From Pseudomonadota bacterium (lineage in GTDB: Bacteria > Pseudomonadota > Alphaproteobacteria > Paracaedibacterales > CAIOTO01), in the NCBI GenBank assembly GCA_040387495.1, contig JAZKDQ010000010.1:1-64000 (forward strand): a stretch of 64,000 nt of DNA, given 5' to 3'. The position numbers and the translations under genes are program-made. Every line of letters begins with the position of its first letter. Within the stretch, counting starts at the first letter, position 1. The notes under the pieces were generated by a model, which saw only the letters and a list, made by a program, of their open reading frames with translations, did not search any database and had not been told where the DNA came from. Shown in pieces: positions 51,386 to 62,217 of the stretch.

Positions 51386-52120
51386 TTATGCGAGCAATCC
51401 TTGTGATCGACTAGGTAAAACAACGGATTGAGCCCAATAACGTGCTAAGGCATCAATGCTATTTTGAAAAACATCAAAGTCAAAGGGTTTGCAAATATAA
51501 CCTGCAGCATACGCTTTGTAACATGAAATCATTTCTTGGAAATTAATGCTATTCGTCATGATAATAACGGGGATATCGCTAATATCTCGGTCACGTTTGA
51601 TTTCGCGTAATACGGTGGCACCATCACGCTTTGGGATGTTTAAATCAAGTAAGATAATATCAGGTCTTGGAAAATCGACGGAAGTGCATTTGTTACGTAA
51701 AAAGTCCAAAGCTGCCACACCATCATGTACCGTAAACAAGTTTACAGCGACTGAGCTCTCAGAAAAAGCACGCCGTGTAAGAAGTTCGTCAGCTGCATCA
51801 TCCTCAACAAGCAGAATGTGAAGCGTGCTTTCACGATCAGGTATTATGACGTCCCCAGATAAGCGTTCAGTTTTCTTTTTAAATGCGGAGAAACCTTGAA
51901 AAAAATAACTTGGTTCAACGCCAAGTATTTCTCCTAGTTGGTAAAGTGTTATTGCAGCAATCCGTGACTGAGCTTGCTCATATTTCTGAATTTGCTGATG
52001 CGAAACACCTAGCTTTTCAGCGAGATCTGTTAATGTTAAGCTTAGCTTTTGACGTTTCTCACGGAGACGTCTCCCGATATAGCTATCAAGATCTTTTTGC
52101 TGATCGTTTGAATCTATCAT
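51386..52120 (-). CDS. XRE (HTH_3) - Rcp1-type receiver fusion response regulator
   Basis: IGRRLREKR..LGVSHQQIQKYE..RI..YFF, then ILLVEDD, PRPDIILLDLN, PVIIMT, YICKPFDF. Confidence 0.92.
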   Translation of the reverse strand: MIDSNDQQKDLDSYIGRRLREKRQKLSLTLTDLAEKLGVSHQQIQKYEQAQSRIAAITLYQLGEILGVEPSYFFQGFSAFKKKTERLSGDVIIPDRESTLHILLVEDDAADELLTRRAFSESSVAVNLFTVHDGVAALDFLRNKCTSVDFPRPDIILLDLNIPKRDGATVLREIKRDRDISDIPVIIMTNSINFQEMISCYKAYAAGYICKPFDFDVFQNSIDALARYWAQSVVLPSRSQGLLA

Positions 52121-52553
52121 ATTTTATCCTTTGTAAGTCAATATTAAGTTCGAAATAATTATTGAGTTAATTTGTAATAAATAATGTTGTATTTTAATAT
52201 TCCAAAGCAATTTATTTTTTATTTGAGATAAAATTATAAAATCTTATTTCATACGTCCAGTAACAATCATAGTTAGATTACACACTCAAATTCTAAAAAC
52301 ATATGTATGTAATCGGTAGAATATATCAATTTGCTCTGTGGCTTAAAAAGAAATACTTATTTTTTTTCAACCAACTCAATAAAAAGAAGGATAATTTTTA
52401 ACAATCAAGGTCTCTATTAGTAATTTTTCCTGGAATTTTATGTGTTCTGATTAAATCTTATAAATATTTCTAATTTAATATATTCATACTTAGTGGTATT
52501 TTTTATTTAAAGAATTTTATTTTTAATAAAGCAGTCATTAAGGAGTGTGTATC

Positions 52554-53297
52554 ATGAATATAACATCACAAACAGCTGCCTACACGCACTATTTTCAGAA
52601 CATTCAAGAATCATATGGAAATGGAAATTTTCTTGACGCCATTATTTTTGATTGTGACGGTGTTCTTGTTGACAGCGAAGAGAGCGGCAATCGTATTGAG
52701 GTAGAAGAATTGAGGAGCCATGGCTGCTCAATTAGTGTCGAAGACTATAATGCTCGCTTCGCGGGGAGAACAACGAAAGATGCTTTTGAGATTCTAGCCA
52801 ATGAAAACAATGTTATTTTTCATCCAGGCTTCGTGAAGTCCGTTGAAAAGAAAACATTGGCAGTGCTGGAAAAAGAAGCATTTTGTATACCTGGTATTAG
52901 AGAAACGTTGGAAAAGATTAACTTGCCTAAAGCAGTTGTATCAAATGCTTATAACGAAAAGCTACATGCATTATTAAGGATAAATAATCTATTGCCATAT
53001 TTTGATGGTCATATCTATAGCGCCGACCTTGTTGAGCATCCAAAACCATATCCTGATGTTTATGAGCTTGCTGCACGTGAAATGAGCATAATACCAGAAA
53101 GATGTCTTGTTATTGAGGATAGTGAGGCAGGAGTTAAAGCTGCAAAAGCAGCAGGAATGCATGTGTTTGGGTTTTTTGGTGGCTCTCACCATGATGCCAA
53201 CTATGCGAAGGTACTGGAGGAAGCCGGTGTGGAAGTTGTATTTAATGACATGTCAGTTTTGCCCAAGTTAGTGGCATTTTATATTCCCACTATCTGA
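52554..53297 (+). CDS. HAD family hydrolase (subfamily IA, beta-PGM/CbbY-like)
   Basis: FDCDGVLVDSE, KPYPDVY, VIEDSEAG; AGGAG SD. Confidence 0.93.
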   Translation: MNITSQTAAYTHYFQNIQESYGNGNFLDAIIFDCDGVLVDSEESGNRIEVEELRSHGCSISVEDYNARFAGRTTKDAFEILANENNVIFHPGFVKSVEKKTLAVLEKEAFCIPGIRETLEKINLPKAVVSNAYNEKLHALLRINNLLPYFDGHIYSADLVEHPKPYPDVYELAAREMSIIPERCLVIEDSEAGVKAAKAAGMHVFGFFGGSHHDANYAKVLEEAGVEVVFNDMSVLPKLVAFYIPTI

Positions 53298-53404
53298 AGA
53301 AATATATTTCGTATTTAAGCGATATTTTAAGTATTAATTCAACTAGAAAATGAGTTTATTTGATGGTAGTTCTGATTTATTGGTCTTAGAAGAGATATTT
53401 AATC

Positions 53405-54859
53405 ATGTCTGAAATAAAGTCTTTTGATGTAACAAAAAAGCAGTATGTGCAGGACGAAAGCAAATTCGCTCCTGGCGAAAAAAAAGCAATTGCAATTGTA
53501 TTAACTGGTAATTTTCTTGAATATTTTGATTTGATGCTTTTTAGCCATTTGGCCTTTGTTATCTCGCCATATTTTATGCCAAAAGAGGATCCTCTTGTTG
53601 CAAAGATGCTTAGTATACTTACGTTTTGTTCTGCATTTGCAGTTAAGCCATTAGCTGCGTATTTTTGGGGTTATTTGGGAGATAATTTTGGTCGTGTTGT
53701 TGTTTTATCTTACACAACAATTATCATGGCGCTGACGTGTATGTTGATTCCTAATATACCGCCGTATGCTGAATGGGGAATTTATTCCACAGTAGCGATA
53801 ATTATGTGCCGTATGCTGCAAGGGTTTAGTTCGGCTGGCGAGTCGAAATGTGCCGAGGTATTTATTGTTGAGATTCTGCCTAATCTCCCTAAGATTTTTA
53901 TAGCATCAGTTCTTGTGCCTATTACATGCGATTTAGGTGGGTTCTTTGCGGCTATTATTGGCAGCCTATGTCTTGCATTCTCGCCAGAAGAAGGGTGGAA
54001 AATTGCATTTTATGTGGGTGCAGCCATTGCATTTTCATCATCACTCTCGCGATTGAAGTTACGTGAGACGAAAGAGTTTCTTAACAAAATAAATCATTCA
54101 AAGAAAACAGAAACGCCGCTAAGGCAATATTTTGAACGTCGAAATTTTATTGCTTTGTTAGGTTTGAATTTAATTTGTCCAACTGCATTTTATTTTGCAT
54201 ATAGTGTGTGTTCAGATCTTCTTAAAGAAAAAGTTGGTCTTAGTGCAAGTACCATTGTTTTCAACAATTCATTTCTTTTATTATCAGAGATCTTTTTTTT
54301 ATTATTTTGCGCCCGCCTTGCTTCTCGTCATCACCCCTTTTTGATTTTAAAAGTAAGAACTTATGCATCGTTTGTTTTGATGCCCTTAAGCTTTATTGCC
54401 ATTTTATTTTATCCGAATCACTTTACGATTTTTATGACACAAGTCATTGCTATTCTTTCTACGGCTAGCTTTGACCCTGCAGCACCTATTGTTATAAAGT
54501 CCTTTGGTATCAGCACGCGTTTTTCAAAATACGCAAAAGCCTCTGCGTTTGCAAAAGCAATTATGTATCTTTCAACAGGGTACTTAACATTTTACCTTGA
54601 AAAGTTATTTGGTCTATGGGGTGTTCTTGGGTTGTTACTTTTCTTCTCAGGTATTTTTCTCGTGTCATTATATGTGTTTGTGCCCGCCGATAAAATGACA
54701 GAGACATATAAAAATTATTTAAACAAAAAAGGACTGTATTTTAGTCAATTAGACGATGATAGTGTAGATTTGTCAGAATTTAATAATGATGAAAAAGCTA
54801 AAAGCCCCGACTTCAATAAACATCAGCAAAATCTTTTAAAACGTTGGCTTGCTCAGTAA
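53405..54859 (+). CDS. MFS transporter, MHS/ProP-like (divergent member 1)
   Basis: GNFLEYFDLML, GYLGDNFGR, RMLQGFSSAGE, LRET. Confidence 0.9.
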   Translation: MSEIKSFDVTKKQYVQDESKFAPGEKKAIAIVLTGNFLEYFDLMLFSHLAFVISPYFMPKEDPLVAKMLSILTFCSAFAVKPLAAYFWGYLGDNFGRVVVLSYTTIIMALTCMLIPNIPPYAEWGIYSTVAIIMCRMLQGFSSAGESKCAEVFIVEILPNLPKIFIASVLVPITCDLGGFFAAIIGSLCLAFSPEEGWKIAFYVGAAIAFSSSLSRLKLRETKEFLNKINHSKKTETPLRQYFERRNFIALLGLNLICPTAFYFAYSVCSDLLKEKVGLSASTIVFNNSFLLLSEIFFLLFCARLASRHHPFLILKVRTYASFVLMPLSFIAILFYPNHFTIFMTQVIAILSTASFDPAAPIVIKSFGISTRFSKYAKASAFAKAIMYLSTGYLTFYLEKLFGLWGVLGLLLFFSGIFLVSLYVFVPADKMTETYKNYLNKKGLYFSQLDDDSVDLSEFNNDEKAKSPDFNKHQQNLLKRWLAQ

Positions 54860-55055
54860 TTTTGTCCTTTTAGCTCACTTTTCAGTTTTCTATGAGCCAT
54901 TCTGTTGCTCTACAGAGTTTTGCTGGGGAGAACAAGCCTTAACCTTAATTAACTATTCTCCTTTTAGATGAATAACACTACGTGTTTTCAACTTTCATAT
55001 TGTGCCGGATATGTACTAAATGAAATCTATGAAGCCTGAAAGATGAGGGTTTAAA

Positions 55056-56447
55056 TTGAGCATTTTTAAATCATTAAGTCGCGAACAAAAAGAAGCCGTT
55101 GGATTGCTACAAATCGGCACTTTTCTAGAATATTTTGATTTGATGCTATATGTACATATGGCTGTTGTGCTGAATGAGATATTTTTTCCAAAAACTGACC
55201 CTCATACCGCATCACTTATCGCGGCTTTTGCTTTTTGTTCTACCTTTGTGTTAAGGCCATTTGGTGCACTGCTTTTTGGTTATATTGGTGATCGAATTGG
55301 ACGTAAGACAACGGTTATTATCACCACTATGATGATGTCAACATCATGTATTATTATGGCAAATTTACCTACTTATGCGCAGATTGGAATTGCAGCAGCT
55401 TGGATTGTAACCATTTGTCGTATCGCTCAAGGGGTGTCATCCATGGGTGAAATTATGGCAGCTAAGGTTTATATGACTGAAATCACAAAGCCACCTGTTC
55501 AGTATCCAGCGGTTTCCTTTATAGGTGTTGCTGGCTCAGTAGGCTCTGTGGCAGCACTTGGTATTGCGACTCTTGTTACAACTGTTGGCTTTAATTGGCG
55601 TATTGCATTTTGGATTGGTGCTGGTATTGCGCTAGTTGGATCGATTGCACGAACACGACTTCGGGAAACACCTGAATTTGTTGAGCAAATAAATACATTC
55701 AGAATGAAAAGAAAAAATAATGAAAATAAAAAAATAAATACAGAAGCATTGTTAGATGAGAATTGCAAAATAAATGACAGTCGAATAAATAAAGCGACAA
55801 TGGGTGCTTTTTCACTTATTAACTATGGATGGCCAATTTGTTTTTATCTTGTTTACATGTACTTTAATCCCATTTTGAAAAATAAATTTGGGTACACATC
55901 TGAAGATATTATATTTCATAATTTCTTATTATCATTAATTCAGCTTGCGAGAGTCATTGTGATATCTCTGCTCTCTTATCGAATTCATCCATTAAAAGTC
56001 TTAAGATTCTTTGGTATAGTATTCTTCTCTTTTGCTGTTTTTTTTCCATATCTTTTGAATAGTGTAACTGAGTGGTATCACATCTTTGCTTTACAAACAA
56101 TAATATCAATTTTCACCATTGGATCCGTTCCTGCTGATGCGATTCTTATTAAGCATTTTCCTGTCCTTAGACGAGTTATGTTGGCAGGTGTTCTATTTTC
56201 TTTTGCAGGGGCCATTGCATACATAATCACATCGTTTGGACTCGTCTATTTGACAGAATTCTTTGGTCATTATGGCCTGTTGGTTATCACCTTGCCTGTC
56301 GCGTTGAGTTATCTCTGGGCGGTTAATCATTATGCAGTCCTTGAAGGTGTTCCGGTACTGAAGATTTCATCGATGTTTTGCTATAGCCATGAGAAAACTT
56401 TAGCGGTTAATCAGACGGAATCACAGAAAATTAAAAACAAAGAATAG
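55056..56447 (+). CDS. MFS transporter, MHS/ProP-like (member 2, TTG start)
   Basis: GTFLEYFDLMLY, GYIGDRIGRK, WRIAF, RLRETPEF. Confidence 0.93.
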   Translation: MSIFKSLSREQKEAVGLLQIGTFLEYFDLMLYVHMAVVLNEIFFPKTDPHTASLIAAFAFCSTFVLRPFGALLFGYIGDRIGRKTTVIITTMMMSTSCIIMANLPTYAQIGIAAAWIVTICRIAQGVSSMGEIMAAKVYMTEITKPPVQYPAVSFIGVAGSVGSVAALGIATLVTTVGFNWRIAFWIGAGIALVGSIARTRLRETPEFVEQINTFRMKRKNNENKKINTEALLDENCKINDSRINKATMGAFSLINYGWPICFYLVYMYFNPILKNKFGYTSEDIIFHNFLLSLIQLARVIVISLLSYRIHPLKVLRFFGIVFFSFAVFFPYLLNSVTEWYHIFALQTIISIFTIGSVPADAILIKHFPVLRRVMLAGVLFSFAGAIAYIITSFGLVYLTEFFGHYGLLVITLPVALSYLWAVNHYAVLEGVPVLKISSMFCYSHEKTLAVNQTESQKIKNKE

Positions 56448-56486
56448 CTTGATTTGATTAATTTACTTTAAAAAAGGATGAAAAAA

Positions 56487-57869
56487 ATGAGCATTTTGAA
56501 ATCACTAAGTCGCGAACAAAAAGAAGCAGTTGGACTTCTTCAAATAGGTACATTTCTTGAGTACTTCGATTTGATGTTATACGTGCACATGGCTGTTTTA
56601 TTGAATGAACTCTTTTTTCCAAAAACAGATCCACATACAGCAGCTCTTTTATCTTCTTTTGCATTTTGTTCTACGTTTATCTTGCGACCATTTGGCGCGC
56701 TTGTATTTGGGTATATCGGTGATAACATTGGTAGAAAAGCAACTGTCATTATAACAACGATGATGATGTCGACGTCATGTATTGTTATGGCTACTCTTCC
56801 TACGTATGCACAAATTGGTATTTCAGCCGCGTGGATTGTTACAATTTGCCGTATCGTGCAAGGGCTTTCATCCATGGGTGAAGTAATGGGCGCGTATGTT
56901 TACATGACTGAAATCACGAAGCCTCCAGTTAGGTACCCTGCCGTTTCTTTTATTAGCCTTGCGTCGACGTTAGGTGCTTCGGCAGCCCTTGGTGTGGCGA
57001 CCTTGGTAACAAAATTTGATATTAATTGGAGAAATGCGTTTTGGATTGGTGCGGGTATTGCTCTTGTTGGCTCTGTGGCTAGGACAAGATTAAGAGAAAC
57101 ACCTGATTTCATTGAAAGCAAAGCAAAAGCAGAAATTAAAAGACAGAAAAAACTTGATCTCTTAGTGGCCGAGAGTGGTGAAAAAAGAGAAACAGTCGAC
57201 AGAAAGACTATACTTGCTTTTTTCTTGATCTACTGCGGAAATCCAGTTTGTTTTTATCTTTTGTATATATTTTTCAATCCAATTTTAATGTCTAAATATG
57301 GATTTTCAGCGAGTGATATAATATTTAATAACTTTTTATTAGCAACGATAGATATATTCTCATGTCTTTTTCTTACATTTTTAAGTTATAGTATTTATCC
57401 ACTTAAAATACTAAAATTAAGGTCATCTTGTTTTATTGTTATGTCCTTATTGCTTCCTTTTATGATTTCAAATACGACAAGCTACTATCAGATTTTTGCA
57501 GTTCAACTTTTTGTGTTAGCAACATCTTTAGATCCTTACCCAGCCAATGGTGTGTTTATCAGGCATATCCCTGTTTTAAGGCGTATGACGGCAACTAGTT
57601 TTATCTATGCATTAAGTCGCGCCATTATGTATGTCATCACTTCTTTTGGTCTTGTGTACCTAACGGACAGCCTTGGTTATTATGGTCTTTGGATTGTTGT
57701 TATACCCGTTACTGTTGGCTATATGTGGGCTGTAAGGTATTTTGAAAAACTAGAAGGCATAAGCACGTCTGGAACTTTTCCAATAGATGGATATGAAGAT
57801 AAGTATGTAGATTCGGCGCACACAAGCCAGGAATATGCTCCTCATATTGAAGGCAAGCAAATTGCATGA
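56487..57869 (+). CDS. MFS transporter, MHS/ProP-like (member 3)
   Basis: Same motifs; start aligned to the paralogues (MSILKSLSREQK). Confidence 0.93.
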   Translation: MSILKSLSREQKEAVGLLQIGTFLEYFDLMLYVHMAVLLNELFFPKTDPHTAALLSSFAFCSTFILRPFGALVFGYIGDNIGRKATVIITTMMMSTSCIVMATLPTYAQIGISAAWIVTICRIVQGLSSMGEVMGAYVYMTEITKPPVRYPAVSFISLASTLGASAALGVATLVTKFDINWRNAFWIGAGIALVGSVARTRLRETPDFIESKAKAEIKRQKKLDLLVAESGEKRETVDRKTILAFFLIYCGNPVCFYLLYIFFNPILMSKYGFSASDIIFNNFLLATIDIFSCLFLTFLSYSIYPLKILKLRSSCFIVMSLLLPFMISNTTSYYQIFAVQLFVLATSLDPYPANGVFIRHIPVLRRMTATSFIYALSRAIMYVITSFGLVYLTDSLGYYGLWIVVIPVTVGYMWAVRYFEKLEGISTSGTFPIDGYEDKYVDSAHTSQEYAPHIEGKQIA

Positions 57870-57903
57870 CCCAAATTCATAAATAACACAGGGAGATTAA
57901 AAA

Positions 57904-59295
57904 ATGGGGATATTAAAATCACTAAGTCGCGAACAAAAAGAAGCAGTTGGTCTTTTACAAGTTGGCACGTTCTTAGAATATTTTGATTTGATGCTATATG
58001 TGCATATGGCTGTTTTGCTGAACGAGCTTTTTTTCCCTAAAACCGATCCGCATACCGCATCTCTTATTGCAGCTTTTGCTTTTTGTTCTACCTTTGTGTT
58101 AAGACCATTCGGTGCACTACTTTTTGGTTATATTGGTGATCGTATCGGGCGAAAAACAACGGTAATTTTAACCACAATGATGATGTCTGTGTCTTGCGTC
58201 ATTATGGCAAATCTTCCTACCTATGCCCAAGTTGGTATTTCTGCAGCGTGGATTGTAACCATCTGTCGCATTGTGCAAGGTTTATCATCAATGGGTGAAA
58301 TTATGGGTGCACAGGTTTATTTAACGGAAATAACAAAACCGCCTGTTCAATATCCTGCTGTTTCTTTCATAAGTGTTTCTGCCTCATTAGGTGCTGTGGC
58401 GGCGCTTGGTATTGCAAGCCTTGTGACGACTATTGGTTTTAATTGGCGAATAGCATTTTGGATTGGCGCAGGTGTTGCAGTTGTTGGCTCGATTGCACGA
58501 ACACGTTTGCGCGAAGCGCCTGAATTCCTTGAAAAATTAAATACGCTTAAAAATAAGAAAAAAGCAATAATTGAAGCAAAAAAAAGTAACAACGAACCAG
58601 CTCTTTCAGGGGAAGCAGCATTAGTATCTGAAAAGATCACTGTTGAGAATAATGATAATATTGAAAAAATAGGAAAAAAAACAGCTCTGTCTTTTCTTCT
58701 TATCTTTTGCGGATGGCCACTTGGTTTTTATTTAACATATATGTATTTTAATCCAGCTTTGAAACAAAGTTTTGGTTATTCGGCAGAAGATATTATTTTT
58801 CATAATCTTATATTGGCATTGATCCATTTTGCACGTTCATTATTTATGTGCATTATCTCTTATAGGTTTCATCCTTTAAAGATACTAAATTATACTGGGA
58901 AATTATTTCTTATTCTAATCATTTTTATGCCATTTCTTCTAAATAGTGCTACACACTATTATCATATTTTTGTTATACAAACAGCAATTGTATTATTTTC
59001 TATTGGGTCTATGCCTGGCAATGCCATCTTTGTTAAGCATTTCCCTGTTCTCAAACGAGTCACGGCAACGAGTGTGCTATCTTCGATGACGCGCGCGGTC
59101 GTGTATATCCTTACATCATTTGGTCTAGTTTATTTGACAGAGTTCTTTGGTTATTATGGATTGTGGGTAATTACGTTGCCTGTCACATTAAGTTACTTAT
59201 GGGCAATAAATCACTATGCAGCTCTTGAGGGTATGCAGCTTACAAAAATCTCATCATTGTTTGCACGCAAGGATAAAGATATGCATCTCATGTAA
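57904..59295 (+). CDS. MFS transporter, MHS/ProP-like (member 4)
   Basis: Same motifs; GGGAG SD. Confidence 0.93.
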   Translation: MGILKSLSREQKEAVGLLQVGTFLEYFDLMLYVHMAVLLNELFFPKTDPHTASLIAAFAFCSTFVLRPFGALLFGYIGDRIGRKTTVILTTMMMSVSCVIMANLPTYAQVGISAAWIVTICRIVQGLSSMGEIMGAQVYLTEITKPPVQYPAVSFISVSASLGAVAALGIASLVTTIGFNWRIAFWIGAGVAVVGSIARTRLREAPEFLEKLNTLKNKKKAIIEAKKSNNEPALSGEAALVSEKITVENNDNIEKIGKKTALSFLLIFCGWPLGFYLTYMYFNPALKQSFGYSAEDIIFHNLILALIHFARSLFMCIISYRFHPLKILNYTGKLFLILIIFMPFLLNSATHYYHIFVIQTAIVLFSIGSMPGNAIFVKHFPVLKRVTATSVLSSMTRAVVYILTSFGLVYLTEFFGYYGLWVITLPVTLSYLWAINHYAALEGMQLTKISSLFARKDKDMHLM

Positions 59296-59371
59296 GGAAG
59301 CCAGAGCAAACCTTATCAAAATGAAGATAAAAGAATTGCATAAAAATAACTTAATTTTAAATAAGGATTAA

Positions 59372-60763
59372 ATGATGAGCATTTTTAAATCACTAAATCG
59401 CGAGCAAAAAGAAGCCGTCGGTTTGCTGCAGATAGGCACATTTCTCGAATATTTTGATTTAATGCTGTATGTGCATATGGCTGTTTTGCTAAATGAGATA
59501 TTTTTTCCAAAAACGGATCCTCATACAGCATCGCTTATAGCGGCCTTCGCCTTTTGCTCAACGTACGTTTTGCGCCCCTTTGGCGCTATTTTATTTGGTT
59601 ATATTGGCGATCATATTGGGCGAAAAACAACTGTTATTATTACAACGTTAATGATGTCGGTATCGTGTGCCGTTATGGCGAATTTACCCACCTACGCGCA
59701 AATTGGTATTACCGCAACGTGGATTATTACCATATGTCGCATTGTGCAAGGATTATCATCAATGGGTGAAATCATGTGTGCAAAGGTTTACCTGACTGAA
59801 ATAACAAAGGCGCCAGAGCAATATCCTGCTGTTTCAATGATTACTGTTGCTTCATCATTAGGTGCTGTGGCGGCGCTTGGTGTTGCAACACTTGTTACAA
59901 CAGTCGGGTTTAATTGGCGAATTGCTTTTTGGATTGGGGCAGGTATTGCAGTTATAGGATCTATCGCCCGAACGCGATTACGTGAAACACCTGAGTTTCT
60001 AGCGAAGATGTATGAACGCAAGAATAAAGCAGAAGCAAAAGCAGAAGCAAATGGAATAGAAAAATCTGTCTTTTCTAATGATAAAATTAAAAAAAGAACA
60101 ATGTTTGCCTTTTTTGTAACATCATGTGGCGGACCTTTAACCTTTTATATTGTGTATATGCATTTCAATCCTCTCTTAAAACATTCATTTGCATACTCTT
60201 CTGAAAATATCATTCTGCATAATCTATATTTATCTTTGATACAAGTATCAGTATGCATACTTTTCGCTGTGATGAGTTATCGAATTCATCCATTAAGAAT
60301 AATGAAACTTGGAATTTCGTGCCTTGTAGGCTTGATTCTTATGCTTCCAATTATAATCCCTAACATAACGCATCCATATCAACTGTTTGCTTTGCAATCA
60401 ATGTTCCTGCTTCTTTTCTTGTCAGATACGCCAGCCGCATCTATTTTTATAAAACAATTTCCAGTACTAAGGCGTGTAACAGCAACAAGCTTTTTATATG
60501 CACTCGCGAGAGCGCTTATGTATCCAATCACATCATTTGGTCTTATTTATTTAACAAATTTCTTTGGGATTTATGGGCTCTGGTTGATTATGTTGCCAAT
60601 TGCTGGCGGATATTTATGGGCTACCAATCACTATGCAAGTCTTGAAGGCGTTACAGGCTTTGAAATTTTTTCAATGTTTGGAGAAAAGGATAAACCCTCA
60701 GAAGGTCTCAAACAAAACCATAAAGAAGAAAATAATCAGACCGTAAATAAAAAATTGGCTTAA
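59372..60763 (+). CDS. MFS transporter, MHS/ProP-like (member 5)
   Basis: Same motifs; AAGGA SD. Confidence 0.93.
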   Translation: MMSIFKSLNREQKEAVGLLQIGTFLEYFDLMLYVHMAVLLNEIFFPKTDPHTASLIAAFAFCSTYVLRPFGAILFGYIGDHIGRKTTVIITTLMMSVSCAVMANLPTYAQIGITATWIITICRIVQGLSSMGEIMCAKVYLTEITKAPEQYPAVSMITVASSLGAVAALGVATLVTTVGFNWRIAFWIGAGIAVIGSIARTRLRETPEFLAKMYERKNKAEAKAEANGIEKSVFSNDKIKKRTMFAFFVTSCGGPLTFYIVYMHFNPLLKHSFAYSSENIILHNLYLSLIQVSVCILFAVMSYRIHPLRIMKLGISCLVGLILMLPIIIPNITHPYQLFALQSMFLLLFLSDTPAASIFIKQFPVLRRVTATSFLYALARALMYPITSFGLIYLTNFFGIYGLWLIMLPIAGGYLWATNHYASLEGVTGFEIFSMFGEKDKPSEGLKQNHKEENNQTVNKKLA

Positions 60764-60794
60764 CTTTAAGCTGCTTTAAGAAAGGAAGAAAAAA

Positions 60795-62141
60795 ATGGGC
60801 ATTTTAAAATCACTAAATCGCGAACAAAAAGAAGCCGTAGGTTTACTGCAAATAGGCACGTTTCTAGAATATTTTGATTTGATGTTATATGTGCATATGG
60901 CTGTGTTGTTGAATGAATTATTTTTTCCTCAGACTGATCCTCATACAGCAGCGCTGCTCACTGCCTTTGCGTTTTGTTCAACCTATGTATTACGTCCCTT
61001 TGGCGCTCTTGTCTTTGGATATATTGGCGATAACGTTGGTCGAAAAACAACAGTGATTTTGACCACTATGATGATGTCGGTATCATGTATTATTATGGCG
61101 AATCTGCCAACGTACGCTCAGATTGGAATTACAGCAACGTGGGTAATTACCATCTGTCGTGTCATGCAAGGACTATCGTCTATGGGTGAAGTTATGAGCG
61201 CTCAAGTTTATATGACGGAGATCACAAAGCCACCTATTCAATATCCTGCGGTTTCTTTTATATCTGCGGCTTGTGCAGCTGGTGGGGTTGCGGCACTTGG
61301 CGTTGCAACCCTTGTTACAACAGCAGGTTTTAACTGGCGCATTGCTTTTTGGATCGGGGCAGTAATTGCACTTGTTGGCTCCGTTGCGAGAACGCGGCTT
61401 AGAGAAACACCTGAATTTGTTGAAAAATCAAATGCATATAAGAACAGAAAAAGCGTAAGACTTGCGGCGGAAAAAAGTGGAAAAACGTTTGCAGAATCAT
61501 TTAATGATACTGAGCATGAAAAGATAAAAATAAAAAATGTGGTTTCTTTTTTTGCAGCTAATTGTGGCTGCCCACTTTGTTTTTATTTAATATATATATA
61601 CTTTAATCCAACGTTAAAAAACACCTTTGGATATGCATCGGAAGATATTATATTTCATAACTTTATATTGGTAATACTTCATTTTGCAACTTTGTTGTTT
61701 TTAGCTATTACTTCCTACAAAATTCATCCCTTGAAAATATTGCGAATTATTGGTTGTATTTTCCTTGGATTAGCTGTTTGCTTGCCGTCTCTCGTGAATT
61801 GGGCAACAAGTTATTATCATATTTTTGCCCTGCAGGCGGCAATTGTGTTCTTTTGTCTTAATACCAGTCCTGCCGAAGCTATCTTCATCAAGCATTTCCC
61901 CGTCCTTAAACGGATGACGGCGACCAGTCTTCTTTACTCTCTTACCCGTGCAATTACATATATAATCACGTCCTTTGGCTTGGTTTATTTGACAGAGTAT
62001 TTTGGTCATTATGGTCTGTGGCTGATCATGCTGCCGGTTACATTAAGCTATTTGTGGGCAATTAATCATTACGCACTTCTTGAAAATGTTAACTTACCAA
62101 AACTTACAGCAATCTTTCGCAAGAAGAGTTTTGTGGGGTAA
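60795..62141 (+). CDS. MFS transporter, MHS/ProP-like (member 6)
   Basis: Same motifs; AAGGA SD. Confidence 0.93.
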   Translation: MGILKSLNREQKEAVGLLQIGTFLEYFDLMLYVHMAVLLNELFFPQTDPHTAALLTAFAFCSTYVLRPFGALVFGYIGDNVGRKTTVILTTMMMSVSCIIMANLPTYAQIGITATWVITICRVMQGLSSMGEVMSAQVYMTEITKPPIQYPAVSFISAACAAGGVAALGVATLVTTAGFNWRIAFWIGAVIALVGSVARTRLRETPEFVEKSNAYKNRKSVRLAAEKSGKTFAESFNDTEHEKIKIKNVVSFFAANCGCPLCFYLIYIYFNPTLKNTFGYASEDIIFHNFILVILHFATLLFLAITSYKIHPLKILRIIGCIFLGLAVCLPSLVNWATSYYHIFALQAAIVFFCLNTSPAEAIFIKHFPVLKRMTATSLLYSLTRAITYIITSFGLVYLTEYFGHYGLWLIMLPVTLSYLWAINHYALLENVNLPKLTAIFRKKSFVG

Positions 62142-62217
62142 TGCCAGTTACAAAATCATTTTAAATTGGATGCTGCTTGGTTTTGTTTATATGCCAGGTA
62201 GCATTTCTATGTTTTCA

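Noticed and set aside
55056..60763. Four MFS ORFs all listed as exactly 463 aa
   Set aside because: Depends on the start codon chosen; loop and tail lengths differ and gene spacing is unequal, so likely coincidence among paralogues
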